NCBI GenBank assembly: GCA_964016885.1
Contig: OZ024750.1
Coordinates: 5,456,001-5,520,000 of the forward strand
Reading direction: 5' to 3'
DNA length: 64,000 nt
Source of the DNA: Eledone cirrhosa
Lineage: Eukaryota
Shown here: in pieces, positions 1 to 10,923 of the stretch
How positions within the stretch are numbered: the first letter of the stretch is position 1
How the letters are laid out: each line of letters begins with the position of its first letter
Made by a program: the position numbers and the translations under genes
The notes under the pieces: generated by a model
The model's input: only the letters and a program-made list of their open reading frames with translations
Databases searched by the model: none
What the model was told of the DNA's origin: nothing

Positions 1-94
1 TTGGGTCTCAAATAATCCTCTACCCTCGCTTCTTTCATATTCTTTCTAACCCCCACCCTGCTGTTAAACCAGTAGTAAACTAGTTAGACCCTAA

Positions 95-212
95 TTCAAC
101 AGAATACTCAATATTTGGGATAGGAGAGTAAGACTATATCAGAAAGAGTTGGGGGTCCAATGGGTGAGCTCTTGAAATGGCAAGAGCTCAGCCAACTCTT
201 TCTAATATATAT
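95..212. mobile_element. Degenerate Penelope-like pseudo-LTR remnant with inverted arms (same family as 610-809)
   Basis: TATATCAGAAAGAGTTGG (135-152) is inverted to CCAACTCTTTCTAATATA (192-209). GAGCTCTTG/CAAGAGCTC form an inner hairpin. CAGAATACTCAATA and GAAATGGCAAGAGCTCAGCC resemble the corresponding motifs at 662-785. Confidence 0.45.
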
Positions 213-215
213 ATA

Positions 216-490
216 TCATCATCATCATCATCATCACCGTTTTACGTCTGTTCCTCCATGCTAGCATGGGTTAGACGGGTTGTCCTGTTGTGGGCAGTGT
301 CCGGTCGGCTGGCCATGTGTTGCTCATACAGGAACTGATTCTGGCTTGATTTCTACAGCTGGATGCCCTTCCTAACACCAACCTCATTTACAGTGAGTGG
401 TGGGTGCTTTTTTCCATGGCGCCTACATGTCAACGTTACAGTGTGGGTTGGGTGCTTTTTTATCGTGGCACCTCCACGACCATGTTGCAG
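216..490 (-). mobile_element. 3' part of SINE family A, older subfamily with RTE-type tail and (ATG)n end
   Basis: The minus strand reads GGTTGGTGTTAGGAAGGGCATCCAGCTGTAGAAATC ... CCCGTCTAACCCATGCTAGCATGG...AGACGTAAAACGGTGATGATG. The internal ~40-bp units match those at 40270-40370. Confidence 0.75.
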
Positions 491-609
491 ACCATGTTGT
501 TGTCTATATGCTTCAGCTTTGGCTTGTACCTGTGGGGGGGGGGGGGTCTTCTGTATTACTGTGTGACACCAGAGGTCACGGTCGTGTGTCATTGGTTAAG
601 GTCAGCTAT

Positions 610-809
610 ATATATAACGAAGGAAGTGTGGTAAGGAACCACCAGGTGGACCATAATGCACCAGAGTACTCGATACTTAGGGTAGTAGAGTGGGTAATAG
701 GAAAAGAGTCAGGTCCCTGACGGCTGAGCTCTGGCCGTTTCGACAGAGTTCAGGTCTAGCTGTCGAAACGGCCGGAGCTCAGCCGTTGGGGTCCTGACTC
801 TTTTCCTAT
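610..809. mobile_element. Penelope-like pseudo-LTR with a 50-bp inverted repeat containing the 3' half of a hammerhead motif
   Basis: Arms 697-746 and 760-809 differ at 4 positions, with a 13-nt loop. The minus strand of the left arm reads GAAAC-GGC-CAGAGCTCA-GCC-GTC. The element is flanked by (TA)n. Confidence 0.55.
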
Positions 810-2145
810 ATATATATATATATACATATATATACATACACATAATATGGTATATAGTCAATCCATTGGTAATCGGGAGGTGTATATTAGCATATGGTAA
901 TAAAATATCCCACAGTTTCATCAATAAAAATTAAAACAAAGGAATTAATTTTATGCTGTAAGAAAGAAAGAGAGTAGAGCTCAGTTTTTAGGTCATTCAC
1001 AAAGAACAAACGGAAATGGCAAAAATAAAAGTGAATGGTGGTGGGATGGTGGGATGGTTAATTTCAGGAAAAATGTGTTTACAATGAAATCCTCGTAGTG
1101 AAATGAATAACAGAAGTGATTTGAGCGGAGTAGTGTATTACAGTCACAACAGAGATTTTCAGCAAAGACAGATAAGGTGCGAGAGTGTAAGATGCATGTC
1201 TGTGTTCTAGAGCCAAGGGAAATAAGGTGTGAGTATATGTTATGTATGTGTGTGTGTGTGTGTGTGTGTAAGAGAGTATGTGTATGTGTTCAGGTGAACA
1301 TGTGCTGGTGTGTATATTCTTCTGTGTAGATGGTGTGAATAAGGTCTAATAGTATGTGTATGTGATGGATGGGTAATGTGTGTGTTTGTGTGCTATGGAT
1401 GGGTGATGTGTGTGTGTTGAGACAGAGGAGGTTGTGAAATGGACATGAAGGCATTAATCAGAGTATTTCAGAGAGAGACAGTGTTAGTAAGAGAAACCCC
1501 TTGGGTGAGATGTGTTTAGACAGAAGATTAGTTGTTATTCACAAAGCAAGCAGGAGAGAAGTGGGTGAGAGAAGATCTTTAGTGTAAAATAAACATCACA
1601 GTTTAATAGTGTTTGATTATACTACAATGTTGTTTTACATGGTATTTTACATGATATATAACACCACCACAGTATAATAGGGTAACTATATATACACATC
1701 ATATTAGATTCATATGTATTGAAACAGTCATGCAAATAAATGTCCCCATGTATATGTATATATATACACAGTATATGCATATTATATATATATATATATA
1801 TATATACAGTATATGCCTATTAACCTTATCAGATTAAAATGGCAGCTATTTAAGACAAACAAACAAAACCACCCAGTATAAAGTATGAGGGGTTTCTTTA
1901 CATAATCCCAACACTAGAAATTAGTGTCGTGTCAGGAAAAATCTAAAATGATGATGATGATGATGATTGAGATGATGATGATGATGATTACGAGATGATA
2001 ATGATGATGGTGATGTCAGTTAAACTATATTCATATCCCAACCCAACTATTACGCAATTAATATTATGCAATTGAATATTCTATTATATGCAAGTGTGGT
2101 AAAACAGACGTAAAAACGATGATGATGATGATATATATCATTATA

Positions 2146-2470
2146 TAATTGTTTCTACTTTTGGCACAAGGCCAGCAATTATCCCGGCGGGATTTGAACC
2201 CAGAACCTAAAGGACCGTAACTCTGTACTGCAAACCATGGCGTCCGACCCTCCACCGATACTGCCAGTCCACTACCTTTATATAATTGTTTCTACTTTAG
2301 GCACAAAGCCAGCAATTACCCAGTGCATTACTGGTACTTTATTTTATCGACCCCGTAAGGATGAAAGGCAAAGTCAACCTCGGCGGGATTTGAACTCAGA
2401 TCGTAAAGGGACGTAACTATGCTGGAAAGCATGGCGTCCGACCCTCTACCGATACTGCCAATCCACCGCC
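2146..2470 (-). mobile_element. Two tandem tRNA-derived SINEs, family B (Nin/Deu-like domain); the first is internally deleted
   Basis: The minus strand has an A-box-like TGGCAGTATCGG and B-box GAGTTCAAATCC, then GAGGTTGACTTTGCCTTTCATCCTTACGGGGTCGATAAAATAAAGTACCAG and the tail TGTGCCTAAAGTAGAAACAATTAT. About 19 copies occur in the window. Confidence 0.85.
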
Positions 2471-2949
2471 CTTATTGTATTATATAATGACACAATATTA
2501 TATATCAGTATACAATATTATACAATAGCATATGGTACTGTGTTTTGTTATTAGTGCACAGGCAATTATGTGATTGTTTTAGTAACATTTAACAACTAAC
2601 AAACATATTCTTCTGAAAAAGCAAAACCTGTACAACTGCTTCTTTGATAGTTCATCTTTTCAAAACTGTATCAGCTCTTTTAACTTTGTACTTCATGCCA
2701 AAATATTCTATTAATCTCTTTCATGATCATAATTGCAACAAGAATATATTGCCTTTGTGTTTTAATTATCAAAATAAATGACAATTATGAGAAGTTTAGT
2801 GAAATATCTATTTTTCATCTTAATAACAAAAGATAAATATTTAACTACTGAAATCTAATATTATCTCTCATGTAATAATGAGATTTTAGTTGAAGGTTTG
2901 AATTGAAATTTGAACACTTTCATTGGAGTGGTTTTGAAGAGATTGGTGT

Positions 2950-3168
2950 TTAATCCTTTACCATTTACATTACTTCATATATACTACTATATTTTCATGG
3001 TAAAGTCTTTACCTCACATAATTATCTCGAATATATGAGATTTGGATATTATTTATTTTGAGAACAATACCTTAACATCATTATGTGTGGCCAGTCACAG
3101 CAGGTTTGAACAGGAAGAGGTCAGAAAAGTTTGGCCAGATACGGAGGGCTTAAATGCTAAAGGGTTAA
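2950..3168. mobile_element. piggyBac-type MITE family C
   Basis: TTAA-flanked, with TIR CCCTTTAGCATTTA/TAAATGCTAAAGGG (left end degenerate). The ~220-bp body is shared with about 10 other copies. Confidence 0.8.
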
Positions 3169-3199
3169 AAGATAAAAAAAAATATTGTTTGACCGAAAA

Positions 3200-4160
3200 A
3201 GATACCAGGCAGGCATAGCACTATCAACCTCTCTTAACACAGTGAAACTGATGTGATTGATGTTAAGTTTAGTCTTCTGCTAGTTGATATCCATAGGAAA
3301 AGATAGGAGAATGGAAGGAGTTTGAGAGAATTACGATTCCAAGAAAGGTTTAGTAACAGGTCTGGAGAATGTGAGAGAAGTTGATATCATAAGAGGTGGA
3401 GAGGTAGGTACACCAAATGGATTTCTGTAGAGCACAGCTTGCTAGTCAAAGGATAGATTATTGTAAAGATAGAATGTGTCAATTGATTAAGAGTTGTAGC
3501 ATATTGGTGAGTGAAAGCTTGTATATTAGTCAGATGGCCCTTTTAATTTTTAGTATGTTTGAGCATGGTAGCTCCACTTTCCAATGCATGTGTTCAGTAC
3601 ATATAAACTGCTGAAATAGCTTCAATCTCTGAAGAAGAAACCTAATTTTGTATTCATACATCAACATCCTGAAGTATTTTAGTGATAAAGCAGACAAATT
3701 CATGTTACAATCATCTCTTGACCATTTTAGTACAAGAATTCGTGATGAATTATGATGATGATGATGATGATGATGATGAATACAACAGTATCCTGCAGTT
3801 TTCCACACAATCATGTTGTATTATATTCCAATGATATCCTGCATCCTGTTATATGGTCTTGCAATAATGTCATTGGAAAGTATCTGTTTAAACTGACATT
3901 TTCAACTCATGTCTAGATTCCTTAGATAAGTTATCTGAAATAATTTGAATTCCAGGGACTATGAACATAGCCTTTTATGTTCTTTATATTTTACATATTT
4001 TGATTAATCCCTACCTAATCATCTTCAGGTGCCTGGTCCCAACATATTTACATTTCCCTAAGATAGGTTTTATACACAGAACCCTTATTCCCATTGCAGA
4101 GTTTCAATGGAATGACAGCATAATGGTTAAGATGATATACTTAGATGATTCACTGTGACA
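3200..4160 (-). pseudogene. Highly degraded CR1/L2/Jockey-group LINE RT C-terminal remnant
   Basis: Minus-strand translation around 3400-3600 gives ...IKRAI*LI..SLTNMLQLL...CSTEI..VP, resembling the LINE ORF2 C-terminus pattern QRRA.RLI...L..L..RR. Many stops and frameshifts. Confidence 0.45.
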
Positions 4161-4162
4161 CC

Positions 4163-4376
4163 TTAACTCTTTAGCATTTAAACCAGCTGTATTACCGCTT
4201 TCTGTTCAAACTGGTCATAACCAGCTGCTCATACTGATGTATGATATTGTTCTCAAAATAAATAATATCAAAATCTCATATAGATTTGATATTTTGTGAG
4301 ATAATTATGTGAGATAAAACCTTTACCATGAAAATACAATAGTAAATATAGAGTAATGTAAATGGTAAAGGATTAA
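4163..4376. mobile_element. piggyBac-type MITE family C, opposite orientation to the copies at 2950 and 4992
   Basis: TTAA-CTCTTTAGCATTTA ... TAAATGGTAAAGGA-TTAA. Confidence 0.8.
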
Positions 4377-4429
4377 ATAGACAGAATCACACAACTGATG
4401 CTTTCAAGTATCACTTATATACAATGTTT

Positions 4430-4712
4430 ATATTGGAGACTTCTAGTGTCTTTGGCCCTAGGGCCACCACCCTACTCACCACCATTGGCACAGAGTTGGC
4501 TACCTCCAAGTATTGTGAGCCTCGCAAGCTGGAATGGCTCTTCCAGCACATCTCCCTCACCATCCTCTGGGGAAACACCTTCTCTATTCTGTCTGCCGGG
4601 GTTGCAGGGTGGCCAGCACATGGGCCCCCATTTATAACAGTGAAAGATGGGGAGAGGAGAGACGGAGGCAGTGACAGTGGAAGTTTGGTTCCATTGTGTT
4701 CAGACCTGGTGT
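4430..4712 (+). mobile_element. 3' end of a CRE-clade non-LTR retrotransposon (restriction-like endonuclease C-terminus plus 3' UTR)
   Basis: Translates as ETSSVFGPRATTLLTTIGTELATSKYCEPRKLEWLFQHISLTILWGNTFSILSAG, matching the CRE RLE pattern ET.G..G......EPR...LFQR.S..I.RGNA.SIL. Related copies at 37110, 57015 and 63160. Confidence 0.7.
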
Positions 4713-4900
4713 ATATGTATATATTTATTTACCACACCACAACATATGACAATATGCAAATATTATAACAAGATTTCGTCAGCTTAACAGAAACCCTTTT
4801 AGATATCACATATATATGATGTTTATTATAACTTCTAAACTATATATCAACATCCATCCTCAAGTTGTTCTATTACTTATATTTACTGTATTTCTTGTAG

Positions 4901-5357
4901 CCCTTAACGTCTTGTACCACATGAAACTGCATTAGCAAGACACCTTTGAAAAGTACAAAACAGAACTCTGACTGTATCACATTGATGATAATTAACCCTT
5001 TAGCATTTATATTACTCTATATTTACTATCATATTTTCATGGTAAAGCCTTTATTTCACATCATTATCTCACGTAATATCGAATCTACGAGATTTTGATA
5101 TTATTTATTTTGAGTACAATACCATAATATAAGTATGAGAAGCCGGTTATAGCCAGTTTGAACAGAAAGAAGTGGTAGAATTCCGGCCGGATACAGCTGG
5201 TTTAAATGCTAAAGGGTTAAAGTCTTTACTCTAATACAACAAACATTTCACAATGATCTGTTCACTAGTAAAGATACTATAAACATTTGAATTAACAATT
5301 AAAAACATTTTTTTATAGATATTTTCTGATGAATCATGACAGGATGTTAAGAGTTAA
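4901..5357. mobile_element. piggyBac-type MITE family E with a family C MITE (4992-5220) nested at a TTAA
   Basis: Outer ends are CCCTTAACGTCTTGT / ACAGGATGTTAAGAG-TTAA. The uninterrupted relative is at 46789-47003. The inner element has perfect TTAACCCTTTAGCATTTA / TAAATGCTAAAGGGTTAA ends. Confidence 0.7.
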
Positions 5358-5473
5358 ATAAGTATGTTGTTGATAGTTGATTGGTTAGTTGGATATAATA
5401 ATGATGAAATATGAACTAGATAACTTTCATATGCGTGGTAGATAAGTTTATCAACTCAATTATATTGTCTTTT

Positions 5474-5813
5474 CATCATCATCATCATTTCATTTTACGT
5501 CCACTTTTCCCTGCTTGCAAGGGTGGGACGGGAACTGATTCTGGCTTGATTTCTACAGCTGGATGCCCTTCCTAACACCAACCTCATTTACAGTGAGTGC
5601 TGGGTGCTTTTTTGCCGTGGCACCTCCATGACCACTTTGCAGTGGAATGAGAGGGACCCCAGTCCTTATCTCATTTCTACAGCTGAGTAAACTGGAGCAA
5701 TGTGAAATAAAGTGTCTTGCTCAAGGAAACAACACATCACCTGGTCTGAGAATTGAACTCACAATCTTTCAATTGCAAGGCCAATGCTCTAACCACTAAG
5801 CCATGTGCCTTCA
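5474..5813 (-). mobile_element. Full-length SINE family A (tRNA head, CORE-like domain, RTE LINE 3' tail)
   Basis: Minus strand: GGCACATGGCTTAGTGGTTAGAG (A box), GAGTTCAATTC (B box), TTTCCTTGAGCAAGACACTT...CAGTTTACTCAGCTGTAGAAATG (CORE-like), then CCCGTCCCACCCTTGCAAGCAGGGAAAAGTGGACGTAAAATG and (ATG)n. Confidence 0.85.
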
Positions 5814-5831
5814 TCTATCATGACTATCATA

Positions 5832-6035
5832 ATAACGGCTTCTTATATAGGCACAAGGCCAGAAATTTTGGGGGAGGGGAAAGTCGATTAAATCGACCCC
5901 AGTGACTGCCTGGTACTTTATTTTATTGACCCCTTAAGGATGAAGGGCAAAATTAATCTCGGCGGGATTTGAACTGAGATCATAAAGGGTCGTAACTCTA
6001 TGCTGCAAAGCATGTTGTCTGATGCTCTACCAACA
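5832..6035 (-). mobile_element. SINE family B (Nin/Deu-like), long-tail variant
   Basis: Aligns by eye to 2283-2470, with an extra GGGGTCGATTTAATCGAC segment. Confidence 0.8.
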
Positions 6036-6163
6036 CAATGTCAGATGTTGTTGTTTAGCCCAGATCAACTTAACTTAAGATATATAGTGAAAGGTGTTCC
6101 AATTATGACCACCTCCACCTTTTAAAGCATAAGACAACTATATAATCAAATGTCCTTCCATTT

Positions 6164-6356
6164 TTAACCCTTTAGCATTTACATTACTCTATATATACCA
6201 TTATATTTTCATGGTAAACACTTTACCTCGCATAATTATCTCACATAATACCGAATCTATGAGATTTTGATATAATTTATTTTGAGAACAATACCTTAAC
6301 GTCAGTATGAGGGGGCTAGTTACAGTTGGTTTGAACAGAAAGAGGTGAGGGAATTT
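6164..6356. mobile_element. piggyBac-type MITE family C, right end truncated
   Basis: Starts TTAACCCTTTAGCATTTACATTACTCT; family body follows. Confidence 0.75.
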
Positions 6357-6637
6357 TAAAAGAGAATATTTACCCATATAGTGGCCTGAGATTGTTCAAT
6401 GGTCATTGGCAGGGTTCTTGACCTCTGCTGCGGTGGAACTCCTTCTTTGGCATTCAGTTCAGGGAAGAGATCTCCGCTGTGGTTTCCCAGGTTTATTGTT
6501 TGGCACAAAAAAAAAAAAGGATCTTACAAGGGAATAAATTGGTATATCTTTATCTATATATTCCTTTTTGAACCTGCAAAGAAAAAAAAAAATCATCATA
6601 AATGAGTCAGCACAATGAATAATAATTACAATAATAA

Positions 6638-6890
6638 TGTTTTCTTTATTAACCACAAGGGTTGACATAAAGTATAACATTAAGGACGGTACAGGACGGT
6701 ACAAATGGGTATTTCTGCGTGTAAAGAAAAAAAAAAAAAAGGAAAGGACAAAAAAAAAAACAACAAAAACAAAGGAAAATTCCCCAATAGTGGGGAGACT
6801 TCCAAGGGACACTCATGGAAAAAGCCCATTAAAAAAGCCACGGTGACCCTGACCACCAGGTCAAGTGCCCTCTCCCAGTTTTTCACCTTC
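6638..6890 (-). mobile_element. 3' UTR-like end of an unclassified retroposon (possibly L1/Tx1)
   Basis: The minus strand ends ...CCCTTGTGGTTAATAAAGAAA with an AATAAA signal and a U-rich stretch. A second copy lies at 14604-14792. Confidence 0.5.
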
Positions 6891-6899
6891 AATTTAATA

Positions 6900-7256
6900 A
6901 TGATTTCTACTATAGGTACAAGGCCAGCAATATTGGGGCAGTGAAAATTGATTAAATCAACCCCAGTGCATTACTGGTACTTTATTTTATTGACTCCATA
7001 AGGATGAAAAGCAAAGCTAACCTCGGTAGAAATTGAACTCAGGGATGTAACTATATGCTGCAAAGCGTGTTGTCTGATAATCTACCAGTACAGCCAATCC
7101 ACTGCCTTAATAATAATAATGGTTTCTGATTTAGGCACAAGGCCAACATTTTTTTTTGTGGGAGGAACAAATTGATTAAAATGATCCCAGTGCATTACTG
7201 GTATTTTATTTTATCGATCCCGTAAGGACGAAAAACAAAGTTAACCTTGGCAGGAT
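6900..7256 (-). mobile_element. Two tandem SINE family B copies
   Basis: Both carry CCCAGTGCATTACTGGTA...GTAAGGATGAAA...AAAGTTAACCT-type motifs. Confidence 0.8.
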
Positions 7257-7904
7257 TAATAATAATAATAATTGCTAAATATTTTAGGGATGCAGTTCAG
7301 TTATACATTTGGATATATGAAATTGTCATTACAGGTAAAAAATTACAGGTAAAGATTAAAAATCTTAAACATCCCCAGTTTTTCTAAATGGTTCTTTAAA
7401 TAAATAAATATTAAAAAAAAATAGTAAATAAAACATTAAAAGTAAAACAATAAAACAAACACTATATTAAATATTTATTAAGATATTTTAAGCTTCTACA
7501 AAATTTCCATATTTGAAATTTTATTTTATTTTATTTTTTACCTTCTTTAATTTATTATTACTTATTATTATTTTTTTTATTACTTGTCTTACTAGTTTTT
7601 TTTTAAATTATCAACACTAAAGTGTACTCAATACTACCCCTAGTCTGTCATGACTTATTAGCTCTATACGGACGTTTAAATTGAATAAATGAATAAATAA
7701 ATGCACCATATATCTCATATATTAAAATGTTACTAGTCGCTGTATAGTTGGAATAAGTTGATCATTCGGGTGGGGTGTTACTTACAGTTTTTATCGAACA
7801 AAGCAAAAATTAAAACCATACAATCTAGACTTTATGATAATCACCATAAGGATAAATATTTAGCTATTTACCAAAATATATAAATATGCGGAACTGATAA
7901 TTAA

Positions 7905-7972
7905 TATATATATATATGCGTGTGTGTGTGTGTGTGTGCATATATATGCATATATATTTATGCATATATATA

Positions 7973-8009
<37 letters not shown>

Positions 8010-8168
8010 ATATATATATATCATCATCATCGTTTAATGTCCATCTTCCACGCTAGCATGGGTTAGACAGTTTTGTTCCATTTGATGCGGGAATGGTCGG
8101 GAGATTGTGTCCCGCTTGTATATGTGTGTGTGTGTGTGTATATATATATAGTTCCACATATATATATA

Positions 8169-8245
<77 letters not shown>

Positions 8246-8381
8246 TATATATATATATATATATGCATATATATATATGCATATATATATATATGCATAT
8301 ATATATATATGCATATATATATATATATGCATATACATATATATATGCATATATATATATATATATGCATATATATATATA

Positions 8382-8427
<46 letters not shown>

Positions 8428-8595
8428 TATATATATATATATATGCATATATATATATATGCATATATATATGTATATGCATATATATATATATATGCAT
8501 ATATATATATATATATGCATATATATATATATATATATGCATATATATATATATATGCATATATATATATATATGCATATACATATATATATATA

Positions 8596-8659
<64 letters not shown>

Positions 8660-8733
8660 TATATATATATATATGCATATACATATATATATGCATATAT
8701 ATATATACATATATATATATATATGCATATATA

Positions 8734-8766
<33 letters not shown>

Positions 8767-8770
8767 GGAG
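7905..8770. repeat. Compound microsatellite: (TG)n, then ~600 bp of (AT)n interrupted by GC, then (AG)n
   Basis: Seen directly. It accounts for all the YI-repeat ORFs at 8053-8845. Confidence 0.95.
8021..8118 (-). mobile_element. Short retroposon fragment with an RTE-type 3' tail joined to an unrelated upstream sequence
   Basis: The minus strand ends CTGTCTAACCCATGCTAGCGTGGAAGATGGACATTAAACGATGATG. Confidence 0.55.
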
Positions 8771-9552
8771 GGAAATCAAACTGAAATGAGAAGAATAATC
8801 AATAGCTCAAGACATTCATGTGACAATTCTATAAAAATTAAGTAAACAGACAAGAGAGACTGCAGTTATCATAAAATAATATGATAACAGAGTTAGAGAG
8901 AGAGTAAAAATAGATTTAGGTGCATAGATGCACCTATTAATTGCAGTACAGTTGAACAATTAGTCAACTACAAGTAAAATAATAAGATAAGTAGCGAAAC
9001 TTAGCTATGACCAATTGTCACAATTCCTAGACAGATTAATTTAGATGTAACCTTTCTGCATTATCTGAGTACCATGAATTGCAGCTGCACTTCAAGTAGT
9101 AGTAGTTACAATATAGCAAGCAGCAACTTGCTGCAGTAAAACCAACCAAAGCTGCAATATTGGCTGCACACTGAGATCACACAGCTGCAATTTCTAGTAA
9201 TGTCTTTCTATTTAAACAGTTTCTGCTTGAAGTAAAAGAGTTGAATGAAGGGGCAGTGCAGTTAAGTTGACTCATATTACCATCAGCTGTTGATATGTTG
9301 GTTTCTTTGCTTTAGTCTGAAAAGTTCCGTACAATTACATAAACAATAATATGGGGCATTTAAATAAAAAAATCTGATTTGTGAAGCAAGATCAGAGCAG
9401 ACAAATAAAGTAGTTGGGATGTTAAGTGAGAAATAAAATGTTTGTTATTCAGCAATGCTTAGTGGGTGAGATTAGGATAATGGGATTAGCTATGTAGAGT
9501 AGAATCAAGTAACAGAAATTTGAACCCTGTTCCAAAAAGTAGTACCTAGTTC

Positions 9553-9759
9553 TTAACACTTTAGCATTTAAACCGGCTGTATCTGACCAGAATTCTCTCA
9601 TCTCTTTCTGTTCAAACTAGCTGTAACTGGCTGCTCATACTGATGTTACGGTATTTTTCTCAAAATAATAATATCAAAATGTCATAGATTTGCTATTATG
9701 TGAGATAATTATGAAAGTATAATAGTATATATAGAGTAATGTAAATGCGAAAGGGTTAA
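9553..9759. mobile_element. piggyBac-type MITE family C
   Basis: TTAA-CACTTTAGCATTTA ... TAAATGCGAAAGGG-TTAA. Confidence 0.8.
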
Positions 9760-9849
9760 ATTTCAGACCTTAATTAAGTTACATTTATTTCCTTATTGAG
9801 ACCAGTTTTAAAAGGTCCCATTCTAGATAACAATTAGAATTGTGTGTTT

Positions 9850-10178
9850 TGTGGTTCGACCTCCATCGATTCTGAAGATGAGTGTTCCAGTTGTTTGAAC
9901 TATGGAACAAACTGCTCATTAAATTAGCGTGTAAGTGGCTGAGCATTCCACAGACATATGCACCCTTCACGTAGTTTTCATAGAGATTCAGATTGACATA
10001 GCCATAGAAAAGGCTAGCCATTTGAAATACAGGTACAACATATATTTGCCAGCTGAGTGGATTGAAGCAACATGGAATAAAGTGTCTTGCTCAAGGACAC
10101 ATTGTGTTGCTCAGGCCAGTAATTGAACTCATGATCTTATGATTGTGAACCTAGCATCCTAACGATTAAGCCATCCAT
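9850..10178 (-). mobile_element. SINE family D (tRNA head, CORE-like domain, distinct tail)
   Basis: Has the head and CORE-like segment AAAGTGTCTTGCTCAAGGACAC...TTGAACTC and the tail GTGGCTGAGCATTCCACAGACA. Relatives at 27375, 41735, 45050 and 53975. Confidence 0.7.
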
Positions 10179-10456
10179 TTCTATAAACTAGAAATACAAA
10201 CAGCTAGACACATATACACATCTAGTCAGAAAGCAAAATGTAAATCTTGACTTGAAGTTTATCTACATCAAAGTAGAATCTAGTTTAAAACTTTGCTCCA
10301 GGTAGGTTAATTAATGTTCTTTGTTGGAAAACAGGCAACAATACCATTTTATATTTTAGAATTGTCAATTCTAATTGATTTAGTTGATAATTTAATGATA
10401 TTCAAAAGGATTCCTACTTTCAAAAATTTTAATTTTGAAGTAGTAAGTTGCCCAAA

Positions 10457-10504
<48 letters not shown>

Positions 10505-10702
10505 CACACAGAGGTATCCACTGTAAGTTGTGGGGTCTATTCTGTATGAAGAACTCAATGTAATCCATATGTTGAAAATGTTGTAGGTTAAGATAAATCT
10601 CAGAAAACAATAAAACATTAAAAGGAAAACAGAGTCATGATATAAGTTAAAACAATGAAATAAAAAATCAAGTCATTAGAGATATACTTCACTGATATAA
10701 GA

Positions 10703-10879
10703 TAAGTTTATCCCAGGTTTAATCGGGGGTAAACACAGTAAGTAAGGTACTCAATACATAGCAGAATATAAATATTTGATATAGAAATGGCTTCTACAGG
10801 ACTAGAACCGTTTCATTCAGGAGAAATCATCAGGAAGCCGACAGTCGGCTTCCTGATGATTTAGAAGACATTTCTATAT

Positions 10880-10886
<7 letters not shown>
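10703..10886. mobile_element. Penelope-like pseudo-LTR or retrozyme-like element with a partial inverted duplication
   Basis: Relatives at 39776-39920 and 55118-55223. Perfect 19-bp palindrome at 10824-10862. Outer inverted arms ATATTTGATATAGAAATGGCTTCTA / TAGAAGACATTTCTATATTAAATAT. Ends at (TA)n. Confidence 0.65.
10789..10839 (-). ncRNA. Minimal type I hammerhead ribozyme motif
   Basis: The RNA reads GGCUUC-CUGAUGA-UUUCUCCUGAAU-GAAAC-GGUUCUAGUCCU-GUA-GAAGCC. Stem I is GGCUUC/GAAGCC, both core boxes are intact, the cleavage triplet is GUA, and stem III is short with a CUAG palindrome in its loop. Stem II is weak (3 bp plus a U-U). Confidence 0.65.

Positions 10887-10923
<37 letters not shown>

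Noticed and set aside
8053-8845. Long YI/HI-repeat ORFs in all six frames (also 12732, 39853-40168, 43398, 56369-56923)
   Set aside because: Translations of stop-free dinucleotide microsatellites.
9283-9318. Possible minus-strand 36-nt exon (TKAKKPTYQQLM) and similar AG...GT candidates at 32519-32588 and 54911-55025
   Set aside because: Weak splice signals or in-frame stops, no recognisable protein, and no consistent exon chain.
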